Assembly (NCBI GenBank): GCA_038882975.1
Contig: JAVZNE010000014.1
Span: 1 to 21,821, forward strand
Length of the DNA: 21,821 nucleotides
Source: Candidatus Bathyarchaeia archaeon
Lineage (GTDB): Archaea > Thermoproteota > Bathyarchaeia > Bathyarchaeales > Bathycorpusculaceae
Direction of reading: 5' to 3'
In this document: in pieces, positions 1 to 7,443 of the stretch
Numbering within the stretch: position 1 is the first letter of the stretch
Layout of the letters: every line of letters begins with the position of its first letter
Notes under the pieces: model-generated
Databases searched by the model: none
Told to the model about the DNA's origin: nothing
What the model saw: the letters and a program-made list of their open reading frames with translations, nothing else
Program-made: the position numbers and the translations under genes

Positions 1-897
1 TATGGGCTTATTGGCTTAAAAATGTTGGCTGAAAAGTATGATGTGGCAAACGCTGGTCTATACCAAAACATGATGCACAAGGCTGCTGATTTCCTCCGCG
101 AGGGCTTTGAAGGCTTATGGCTTCACTATGACCCCTCTGATGGCAAGTGGCATCGTGTGGGCTTGGCGGAAAACGAGGTTTACGATGACTGTTTCGCCTA
201 TGGGCTTTTGGGCTTATACGCCTATGAGGGCTGGAGCCCCTCATGCCAAAAAGTTTACAACTTTATTAACTCGATAGGGGCTTCTACGCAGTATCCAGCC
301 TATAACTCGGCTATTTGTTGGGCTGGCTACATAGACGTTGTTTCGCGTTTTCCAGCATGCGACTACTATGATGGTGTTACCGCTGGTGTCTTGTGGAGCA
401 TCCGCAAGCACCACGACAAGCCAAGCCTCGCCTACAGTGCTAAGATCATAGAAGGGCATGCTGAAAATTTCATGTTTTGGGGCGTTAAGCATGCGGATTA
501 CAGTCCAGTTGAAGAAAAGTGGGCTATGGCTACGGTTTGCTGGCTGGCGAGGCTGTTCCTCAACTATGAAGAGCCCTTAACACGTTTTACTCAGGTGCTT
601 AGGGCTTATGGCAGATGGGTTACACTTTATCCGCTTGTGGCTGTTGGCGAATCGACAATCTACGGCGAGGGTATAGAAATCCAAGCCCTTATCAGTCCAG
701 CTCGGGTTGACGAGGTTCTATTGGAGCCCGGCTACGTTATAAGCGACTATGTTACGGTTTACACTTTTGCACCTATCCGTGTTCGGGATAAAATCCGAGT
801 TGGGAGCGTTGACTACGAGGTTTTAAACGTCCAGACCTTCGATTGGCGGGGCGAAACCGCCTATTTTAGGGGCAGTTGTAGGAGGCTGAATGCATGA
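1..897 (+). CDS. 5'-truncated fusion protein: six-hairpin (alpha/alpha toroid) glycosidase-like region plus C-terminal phage head-closure/head-tail joining domain
   Basis: Frame is open from base 1, so the gene starts upstream of the window. The N-part has helical aromatic motifs (VYDDCFAYGLLGLY, YYDGVTAGVLW). The last ~110 aa (VTLYP...VYTFAPIRVRDKIRVGSVDYEVLNVQ...FRGSCRR) resemble the SPP1 gp16/lambda gpFII beta-fold and directly precede terminator and tube genes. ATGA overlap with the next gene. Confidence 0.6.
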   Translation, partial: YGLIGLKMLAEKYDVANAGLYQNMMHKAADFLREGFEGLWLHYDPSDGKWHRVGLAENEVYDDCFAYGLLGLYAYEGWSPSCQKVYNFINSIGASTQYPAYNSAICWAGYIDVVSRFPACDYYDGVTAGVLWSIRKHHDKPSLAYSAKIIEGHAENFMFWGVKHADYSPVEEKWAMATVCWLARLFLNYEEPLTRFTQVLRAYGRWVTLYPLVAVGESTIYGEGIEIQALISPARVDEVLLEPGYVISDYVTVYTFAPIRVRDKIRVGSVDYEVLNVQTFDWRGETAYFRGSCRRLNA

Positions 898-1334
898 GCG
901 ATGCACAAAACCCAGTGGACATTATCATTCAGTTGCTAGGCGAGAATATGCATGTGGCTAAAGAGGATGGAAGCCTAGCCAAAATCCAATTTAGCCGCGA
1001 ATGGCTAAGCCAAGAGGCTTTACAAAGTGTTGATGGGCATGTGACCGTTGGCTTGGCAGAATGCCTAGATACAAAACTTGAGTTAAGCGGCAAGCTCCGA
1101 AGACGCTTATACACAGTACGCGTTAATGTTTGGAGCCGTGACAGGCTTATCCGCCAAAAAATGGTTGAAGAAGTCATGCGGGTTATCCGCGAAAACCGCA
1201 GCAATCCAGGAGGCTCTCTAGCCTATCTGGATGTGGTTAGTTACCGCGATTTGGACCGTGTGGATGTTAAGCCCTTCATCTACCGCACCGAGTTTGTCTT
1301 GAAGTCATGGGTATTCGAGGATATAGGAGTGTGA
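894..1334 (+). CDS. Putative tail terminator/tail-completion protein (SPP1 gp17/lambda gpU-like)
   Basis: 146 aa, between head-closure and tail-tube genes; pattern YTVRVNVWS...MVEEVMRVI...YRTEFVL fits the terminator fold. Confidence 0.6.
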   Translation: MSDAQNPVDIIIQLLGENMHVAKEDGSLAKIQFSREWLSQEALQSVDGHVTVGLAECLDTKLELSGKLRRRLYTVRVNVWSRDRLIRQKMVEEVMRVIRENRSNPGGSLAYLDVVSYRDLDRVDVKPFIYRTEFVLKSWVFEDIGV

Positions 1335-1341
1335 ATGCGGA

Positions 1342-2211
1342 ATGCCTGAAACCTATGGGGCGCATGAGTGCCGCGTCTACTATGTGCAGGAACCCACTTA
1401 TGGGCAGACGCCAGCCAACCCCTCAATGGTTGCCATTAACGCCGAAAACGTTGAGCCTTCGTTAAATCCAAGCCTCATTCAAGTGCGGGGTGTTGGCAGC
1501 AGAGATTTGGCGGCTCTGAAACGGGGAATGCTGAAACCAACTTTGAAGGTTAGCCACATACTGCCCAGCGACGCGCCTATAGGCTTTATTCAGCATGTGC
1601 AAACCCTAAACAGCCTAAGCATACAAGTGCTTTACTATAAGGGGTTGTTTGCCTCAGCCACAGACATCATAAGCCTACTATACAAGGGCATGCGGATAGA
1701 CAAGCTTTCCGTGGAATGCGGCGTAGACGAGGTTGTTAAGGCAACTGTTGAGCTGATTGGACAAGACGTTACGGTTGGGACGGGCAAAATCACAGGCGCC
1801 ACATATGCGGACTATGCCGGAGCGGTTCCCTATCATCAAAGCTTTGTTCAACGTGGGGCGGCAGACGGTTCAAACTTGTCGGCTGTTGAGCGGGTTACAG
1901 ACTGGAAATTCGCTATTGAAAACAACCTTAAACCAGTGCCTGTCATCCGCACAACAAGCGGGCACCTGCTCAAATATCTACCAGCCCGCCACAGAGAATT
2001 AAGCGGCGAGTTAACCTTCGAGTTTGAAGACAAAGGCGAGTTTGAAGACGTTGTAAATGACAGCGAATTCAGCCTAAAATTCGGACTTGGCGGCTTAAAC
2101 TATGCCCTTTTCAAATACTGCAAATGGGAAAATGTTGCAACGCCAACACGCATAGAAGACTTAGTCAGCCTCAAAGCCCGCTTCATAGCCAGAGACGTGG
2201 TGATAGCCTAA
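1342..2211 (+). CDS. Phage major tail tube protein (non-contractile type)
   Basis: 289 aa; N-terminal E-x-T-Y-G-x-T-P motif, YKGMRIDKLSVEC, DWKFAIENNL and RELSGELTFEF segments typical of tail tube proteins; followed by a chaperone gene. Confidence 0.8.
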   Translation: MPETYGAHECRVYYVQEPTYGQTPANPSMVAINAENVEPSLNPSLIQVRGVGSRDLAALKRGMLKPTLKVSHILPSDAPIGFIQHVQTLNSLSIQVLYYKGLFASATDIISLLYKGMRIDKLSVECGVDEVVKATVELIGQDVTVGTGKITGATYADYAGAVPYHQSFVQRGAADGSNLSAVERVTDWKFAIENNLKPVPVIRTTSGHLLKYLPARHRELSGELTFEFEDKGEFEDVVNDSEFSLKFGLGGLNYALFKYCKWENVATPTRIEDLVSLKARFIARDVVIA

Positions 2212-2681
2212 TGCGAACAGAAACAGTCACGATAGGCGAAGAATATGGCAAAGAGTATGCTGGCAAATACGTTTTCCAGGAGCTTACATGGGCGAAGCGC
2301 AGCCGAATAATCCAAAAACACACAAAATATCATCCACTAACAGGGCATGTGGTTAGCAGCGACTACATAGCCATCCAAGCCGAAACAATAATGGCAAGTC
2401 TAAAAGAACAGCCGCAACACAAGCCCATAACCCTTGAAAAACTTTTAAGCGAAGACCCGGAGAGGGGCATACCAATAGCCCTTGGCGAATTGTTCAGCCA
2501 AATCGTTAACCGCCTAAACAATGTTGGCTTTGAAGAAGCTGCTTTTTTATCAGAGCCATCAGAAGCCAAAAGCCAAACCATGTGCTTACAGAGTTCCGCC
2601 TCTGCAAAGAGTTCGGCTGGACACCGCGGCAGCTCGCCCGACAACCAGCCAAAACCATCCAACAGTTCATCGTCATCCTAA
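2211..2681 (+). CDS. Tail assembly chaperone (gpG-like, unshifted product, 156 aa)
   Basis: Real start is ATG 2211 (TAATG overlap with the tube gene stop), not 2124. The sequence after the slippery site is Ser-rich and low complexity. Confidence 0.75.
   Translation: MRTETVTIGEEYGKEYAGKYVFQELTWAKRSRIIQKHTKYHPLTGHVVSSDYIAIQAETIMASLKEQPQHKPITLEKLLSEDPERGIPIALGELFSQIVNRLNNVGFEEAAFLSEPSEAKSQTMCLQSSASAKSSAGHRGSSPDNQPKPSNSSSSS
2543..2549 (+). promoter_or_regulatory. Programmed -1 ribosomal frameshift slippery heptamer U_UUU_UUA
   Basis: T TTT TTA is in the X_XXY_YYZ phase of the chaperone frame (codons GCT TTT TTA at 2541-2549). Confidence 0.8.
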
Positions 2682-2752
2682 ACGAGCTGGACCGCCAAGC
2701 GGAAGAGGAAAAAGTCAAGATGGAGCGGGAAACCCATTGGCGGTTGAAGTAA
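2549..2752 (+). CDS. -1 frameshift extension of the tail assembly chaperone (gpT-like part of gpGT); not in the ORF track
   Basis: The -1 frame reads IRAIRSQKPNHVLTEFRLCKEFGWTPRQLARQPAKTIQQFIVILNELDRQAEEEKVKMERETHWRLK* (TAA 2750-2752). LCKEFGWTPxQL matches the gpT/GpE-type motif. Confidence 0.8.
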   Translation: MRAIRSQKPNHVLTEFRLCKEFGWTPRQLARQPAKTIQQFIVILNELDRQAEEEKVKMERETHWRLK

Positions 2753-3102
2753 ACATCGAAGTGGATGCCGAAGAGGTCTTGCAAGCACTTCAAAGGTTGG
2801 ATGAGGCTATGCTTAGGCAGGTTCGCGAACAGCTTGAGCGTTGGGCTATGGAGGTCCGCGAATACGCAAGAGCCCTAGCCCCAGCTAGGACGGGCTATTT
2901 GAGAGGCACAATTTACGCTAAAGTTCAGGGTTGGGTTGCCGAAATCGGCGCGGAAGCCTCCTACGCTATGTTCGTAGAGTTTGGCACCCACTACATGCAA
3001 GCTCGCCCCTACCTTAACCCCGCCCTTCAAGAGTTTCTGCCAACCCTTGAACAAGTTATTCTTGAAGCCATTGACAAAGCCAAAGCGGAGGCTGAGCTAT
3101 GA
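2737..3102 (+). CDS. HK97 gp10-like tail completion/neck protein
   Basis: APARTGYLRGTI, YAMFVEFGT and MQARPYLNPAL are hallmark gp10-family motifs. Likely start is TTG 2737 with GGAGCGG upstream; the extension to 2521 overlaps the chaperone and looks non-coding. Confidence 0.85.
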   Translation: MAVEVNIEVDAEEVLQALQRLDEAMLRQVREQLERWAMEVREYARALAPARTGYLRGTIYAKVQGWVAEIGAEASYAMFVEFGTHYMQARPYLNPALQEFLPTLEQVILEAIDKAKAEAEL

Positions 3103-3647
3103 GTTTCCGTGAAATAGCCATAACAGTTCGTGCCATAAACCGTGCAAGCCACGAGTTCGCCAGAATCCAGGCGGACACTGAAGCTTTAAGCGTGCGGATT
3201 AAAAGCCTCGGCGCCGCCATGGCTGGTTTAGGCGCTGCCGGTTCAGCAGTTGTGCATTTAGCCCACCAATTCGGTTTGCTAAACAGTGAACAGACAAAAG
3301 CCTTAGCAAGCCTCACATACCTTGTCACCACAATCGGCATGTTTATACGCTCTTCATGGGGCGTTGCCGTAGCCCAGAAAGTTTACGCTGCAGCCTGCTG
3401 GATAGCCAACGCCGCACAAAACGCCCTAAACATAAGCTTCGCCACATTCCTGGCTTTAACAGGAGTTGGAATAGCCGCCATTATTGGGGCTGCCGCGGCT
3501 GTTTCCTATTTCGCCAGTCAAATGCGCTCTGCAGCAGAATCCGTCAAAGAATACAACGAGGTTGCAGGTGGACTTTACTCCGGTTTTGCTGGGAGAAGCA
3601 TCCGCCGTGCCGGCGAGGAGGAGCTTTACAGGCGAGGCGTAGAATAG
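3099..3647 (+). CDS. Very short tape measure-like protein (182 aa)
   Basis: N-terminal I-x-I-x-V-x-A-x-N-x-A-S motif typical of TMP starts; Ala/Gly-rich helical body with a hydrophobic LTGVGIAAIIGAAAAV segment; sits just before the hub gene. Confidence 0.65.
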   Translation: MSFREIAITVRAINRASHEFARIQADTEALSVRIKSLGAAMAGLGAAGSAVVHLAHQFGLLNSEQTKALASLTYLVTTIGMFIRSSWGVAVAQKVYAAACWIANAAQNALNISFATFLALTGVGIAAIIGAAAAVSYFASQMRSAAESVKEYNEVAGGLYSGFAGRSIRRAGEEELYRRGVE

Positions 3648-3648
3648 C

Positions 3649-5268
3649 ATGAGCGTTGACAATCCAAAGATGGCGGTAGCCTTCGGACAGTATGGCATAC
3701 CCCAAGCCGACGTTATCGAGTGCCGCGTGCATTTGGGCTGCACAAAAGAGGTCAGCAGCTTCGAACTAACACTGCAGAACTGGGATGGCAAATACAGCCC
3801 AAACGGCTCTATCCCGCTGGCTGTCGGGATGGACGGCTCCATCTCCATTGGGAGAGGCTTTAATGTTCCACAGATAATTACCTGCCGCATTGAAAGCCTA
3901 AAATATGAATCCACGCCGGTGGAGCATTACCTGCGGGTTAGCGGGCGATGCTGGGGAGAACGCCTATTCAGACGCGTTTTTACAGGCACTTTTGAAAACA
4001 TGAAAGGCGAAGACATAGTCAAGCATCTACTGGACTATTATGTGGGTTTAAGCCACACGCGGGACGGCACAGAGCTTGTTGAGGCAACGGACACAACCTA
4101 TGTTAAGTTGAAATTTGAGAACACGCCAGTATTTGACATCATCCGCCAAATTGCGGATTCCGCTGACAAAAGCGGCGTTATAGGCTTTGATTTTCGCATA
4201 GCGCCAGACGGAAAGTTTGAGTTTTTCAGGCGGAACAGCAAAACTTCGCCAGTGAGCCTAACCGACCGCATTGAGTTTGCCGAGTACCGTCGAGACATCC
4301 ACCGAATAAGAAACAAGATTTACGTTTATGGAGCAGCTGAAAAGAAAACGCCCGCAGACGCCAACGAGGACGGCTGGACAGAAGCTACAAGCGGCTGGTA
4401 TTCAAACGGCACATTAGCCACAGAATCAAACCATGTAAGCGAGGACGGACAGAAAAAGTACACCGACTCCCTTTGTGTTTACGCTTATGGCGATGGCACA
4501 ACAAGCGAAATATGGCTTTACCGTGAAATTGGCGGATTAAAATTCAACGGTGCCAACGGCTTCAAGCAAATCAACACATGGCTTAACTGGACAAGATATG
4601 GCAGTGCACAGCCAACATCAGCCAAATGCATCCTTTGGCAAACAGCCAACGACCGTTTTGAAATGGACATTAAGCCGCTATTACCGCCACAGGCTACTTG
4701 GGGCAAACTTGTGCTGCGCACGGACCAGCCTACGTGGGTGAGGGTTGGCAACGCTGATTGGCAAAATCCAATAAACGCCATAGGCTTCTACATTATCCAC
4801 GGTGAGGGCTGCATTCCCGTTCTCCGCTTAGACCACCTACACTTTTCAGACTGCCGCTACAGTGCCATGCAAGAGGACGCCAACAGCCAATCAGCCTACG
4901 GCCTAAGGGAGTTAACGGAAACGGATGAGGAGTTGAAAAGCGACAACGAGTGCCATTTAAGGGCTAAAGCATTGCTCAACTATTACAAGGATCCAGCTGA
5001 ACACTTAACCATAAAAAGCACAGTCATAGACTATGGCAATACGCCAATCCTCCCCGGCGATAGAATCTACGTTTCTTTGCCCAACGAAGGCGTAAGCGGC
5101 TACTTCCGCATTGAAAGCGTGGAATACCACATGGACGCCAAAACGCAGACTTTAGAAATAACCCTTGAGCTTGGAAGGGAAACCCCGCTTTTAGCCGACT
5201 ACCTATACGCTTTAAGAAGCAAAACAGACCATTTAAGCCGCTATAAGGCGGGTGTTGCGAGGGTTTAA
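3649..5268 (+). CDS. Baseplate hub/tail tip protein (GpD/Tal-like) with central inserted beta-rich domain
   Basis: SSFELTLQN, LRVSGRC, FDFRIAPDGKFEF, IRNKIYVYG, SQSAYGLRE and ILPGDRIYV...FRIESVEY segments fit hub proteins; immediately after the TMP-like gene. Confidence 0.7.
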   Translation: MSVDNPKMAVAFGQYGIPQADVIECRVHLGCTKEVSSFELTLQNWDGKYSPNGSIPLAVGMDGSISIGRGFNVPQIITCRIESLKYESTPVEHYLRVSGRCWGERLFRRVFTGTFENMKGEDIVKHLLDYYVGLSHTRDGTELVEATDTTYVKLKFENTPVFDIIRQIADSADKSGVIGFDFRIAPDGKFEFFRRNSKTSPVSLTDRIEFAEYRRDIHRIRNKIYVYGAAEKKTPADANEDGWTEATSGWYSNGTLATESNHVSEDGQKKYTDSLCVYAYGDGTTSEIWLYREIGGLKFNGANGFKQINTWLNWTRYGSAQPTSAKCILWQTANDRFEMDIKPLLPPQATWGKLVLRTDQPTWVRVGNADWQNPINAIGFYIIHGEGCIPVLRLDHLHFSDCRYSAMQEDANSQSAYGLRELTETDEELKSDNECHLRAKALLNYYKDPAEHLTIKSTVIDYGNTPILPGDRIYVSLPNEGVSGYFRIESVEYHMDAKTQTLEITLELGRETPLLADYLYALRSKTDHLSRYKAGVARV

Positions 5269-5271
5269 TGT

Positions 5272-5466
5272 TTGTCAAGGGATTTTAGGCGGACAGTTAT
5301 AGAGGTTCGCGAGGACCTGCACCATGAAGTTCGGAAGCTGGCACTGCTTAACGATTTGCGCATCTATCAGCTTGCCAACGCCATTATTGAGGATTACCTT
5401 AAAGATGGTGAGCGGGTGAAAGCCCTAATAAAAAGGCTTAGGCTTCAGCTTCAGCCTCAGCCTTGA
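5272..5466 (+). CDS. Small ribbon-helix-helix/CopG-like DNA-binding protein
   Basis: RRTVIEVREDLHHEVRKLA...IYQLANAIIEDYL fits beta-strand plus two helices; last gene of the tail operon. Confidence 0.6.
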   Translation: MSRDFRRTVIEVREDLHHEVRKLALLNDLRIYQLANAIIEDYLKDGERVKALIKRLRLQLQPQP

Positions 5467-6346
5467 CAGCTTCCAAGAGTTTTCTAATTTCGGCTTTTTC
5501 AGCTTCATCCAAGGGTAGGACTGGCAATCGCGGATAGCCTGCAGGCAATCCAAGCATTCGCATTGCCTCTTTTATGGCTGAAAGCTGGTTGAAGCGTTTG
5601 ACCAGCACTTCGTTTATGCGGGTTATTTTCTTTTGAAGTTTTGCCGCTTTTTCAACGTCGCCTTCCATGTAGGCTTTGTATAGGCTTGCACAAAGCCTTG
5701 GATAAGCGTTGGCTACGGCTATGACGGCGCCTTTTCCACCCAACATAAGTGTCGGCAGCACAACATCGGCTGTTCCAGCCAAAACAGCTATTTTTTCACC
5801 CACTAGGCGTATGGTTTCTGTTATTGTGGCTATGTTTCCACCGCTGTCTTTTACGCCGACAACATGCGAGTATTCTTTGGCGAGCTCTGCAATTACGGCT
5901 GGTTCTAAAGCGTAGCCAGTAAACTTTGGGACGCTGTAGAGGATTATGGGCAAGTCCACAGCCTCTAAAACGGCTTTGTAGTGGGCTGTTAACTCGCGGT
6001 TTGAAAGCCTAAAATAGTAGGGCGTAACCACCACCGCGGCGTCAACGCCCAAGTCTTCGGCGTCCCTTGTAAGCCTTATGGTTTCCCAAGTGCTTGGCGC
6101 GCCTGTTCCAGCCACAACCGTCACGCCACTTTTAGCCTCTTCTAGGACTGCGGCGATTATTTTTTGGCGTTCCTCCCTAGCCAAATAGGGGGCTTCGCCA
6201 TTGCTGCCACAAGGCATAAGCCCATCAACGCCGTTTTCAATCCAGAACCGCGTGCATGTGCGGAGAGCCTTCAAGTCTATTTCGCCTTTTTCAGTGAAAG
6301 GCGTAATATGCGGCACAAATATGCCTTCAAGCCTTGTTTTCTTCAT
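5438..6346 (-). CDS. DapA/NanA-family class I aldolase, 4-hydroxy-2-oxoglutarate aldolase-like
   Basis: TPF, GSNGE, AGTG, ILYSVP and Schiff-base lysine in GVKDSGG; GGGAG upstream of the ATG. Confidence 0.9.
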   Translation of the reverse strand: MKKTRLEGIFVPHITPFTEKGEIDLKALRTCTRFWIENGVDGLMPCGSNGEAPYLAREERQKIIAAVLEEAKSGVTVVAGTGAPSTWETIRLTRDAEDLGVDAAVVVTPYYFRLSNRELTAHYKAVLEAVDLPIILYSVPKFTGYALEPAVIAELAKEYSHVVGVKDSGGNIATITETIRLVGEKIAVLAGTADVVLPTLMLGGKGAVIAVANAYPRLCASLYKAYMEGDVEKAAKLQKKITRINEVLVKRFNQLSAIKEAMRMLGLPAGYPRLPVLPLDEAEKAEIRKLLEAVKAEAEAEA

Positions 6347-6436
6347 GTTTATTCTCCCTTCTCTTGGCGAAGGTTAGGATTTGTTTTCTGCGCTTATAAA
6401 ATATGAGCATTTGCCGCTTGCTAAAAACAGATAAGC

Positions 6437-6670
6437 ATGTTGAGGCTAACAGTTTTTGGTGGCTGGTTGGCGGTTTTGGATTGGCGTAGGTTGAAGCCAG
6501 AGCAGAGGGTGAATTTGGCTGTTGACATGAGCGATGTTTGCATCCGGATTTGTGCTGAAGGCGTTAAAACCCAGAATCCACGTTTAAGCGATGAGGCGCT
6601 TATCGAACTTGTTAGAGAGCGCCTAATGTATGAGAAGAATTCGCGAAGGGGAAGCTGCACAGTTGGATAG
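6437..6670 (+). CDS. Small helical protein, probable partner/antitoxin of the downstream nucleotidyltransferase
   Basis: WRRLKPEQRV...NPRLSDEALIELVRERL; overlaps the next gene; exact start uncertain. Confidence 0.55.
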   Translation: MLRLTVFGGWLAVLDWRRLKPEQRVNLAVDMSDVCIRICAEGVKTQNPRLSDEALIELVRERLMYEKNSRRGSCTVG

Positions 6671-7211
6671 CCTCAAAGGTTTTTTAAGGCGGATTGTAAA
6701 AAGCCTTAACAGTTCTGGTTTGGATTACATGTTTACTGGTGCTTTGGCTGTCAGCTATTATGGTAGGGCGCGCACAACAGTGGACGTTGACATAATTGTT
6801 GCCGCTTTAGGGCGCGATTGGCGGGAAAGACTTGTTTCAGCTTTACAGAAGGCTGGCTTAATAGTGGATGAGAAAAAGCTTGAAGACGCCTTAAAATCCG
6901 GCTATTCCATAACCACTTTTCAAGACGGTAAGTCGCCCTTAACGTTGGATGTCATCCTCTCAAAAGGGCGGCTTGCTAAAAGGCGTGGCAAGATTTTGGG
7001 CTTACCCACCTACTATCAAACGCCTGAAGCCCTTGTTTTGGCTAAGCTTCGCATGATTAGGGCAACCATGCCAAGGGAAAGAGCCCAAAAAGACATAGAA
7101 GACATAAAAGCCATACTAAAATTCACAAAAGTGGACATAGAAGCGGTTAAGCGGCAAGCCGAAAAAGAAGGAACCCTCCAAATCCTTGAGGATGTAATGG
7201 CACAACAATGA
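6663..7211 (+). CDS. Pol-beta-superfamily nucleotidyltransferase (DUF6036/AbiEii-like), putative toxin
   Basis: TGALAVSYYGRARTTVDVD signature, TPEALVLAKL, and R-x-x-KDIEDI; TTG 6663 preferred over ATG 6630. Confidence 0.75.
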   Translation: MDSLKGFLRRIVKSLNSSGLDYMFTGALAVSYYGRARTTVDVDIIVAALGRDWRERLVSALQKAGLIVDEKKLEDALKSGYSITTFQDGKSPLTLDVILSKGRLAKRRGKILGLPTYYQTPEALVLAKLRMIRATMPRERAQKDIEDIKAILKFTKVDIEAVKRQAEKEGTLQILEDVMAQQ

Positions 7212-7443
7212 TGGATGTGGAATTTTTGGTTTTGCTGGAGTATGATGAGGAGAGTAATGCGCTTTACATTCGCTTGAAGGGGGGTGGAAAGCAAGCCCAT
7301 ATCAGACAACCTAATTCTAGACTTGAATGGGAAAGGGGAAATAATAGGCGTAGAAAATTTTAGTACCAAAAACTATGGACTTGGGCAAGTTGTCTTCGCA
7401 GATAAAAATCATAACAAAGAAGCGAAGGCAAACAGAAAATTAG
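7208..7443 (+). pseudogene. DUF2283-family gene with two frameshifts
   Basis: Three frames join to EYDEESNALYIRLKG / VESKPISDNLILDLNGKGEIIGVE / ILVPKTMDLGKLSSQIKIITKKRRQTEN*; breaks at G6 (7279-7284) and A4 (7354-7357). Confidence 0.7.

Noticed and set aside
2124-2210. 5' extension of the chaperone ORF given in the track
   Set aside because: Lies inside the tail tube gene; ATG 2211 with TAATG coupling is the better start
2521-2736. N-terminal 72 aa of the 193-aa ORF, or a shift from the chaperone into this frame
   Set aside because: Pro/Arg-rich junk-like sequence; the -1 frame carries the recognisable gpT-like motif and gp10 has its own TTG start at 2737
1342-5268. Contractile injection system or R-type tailocin
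   Set aside because: No sheath, baseplate wedge or spike genes in the operon, and head-closure and terminase genes imply a DNA-filled head
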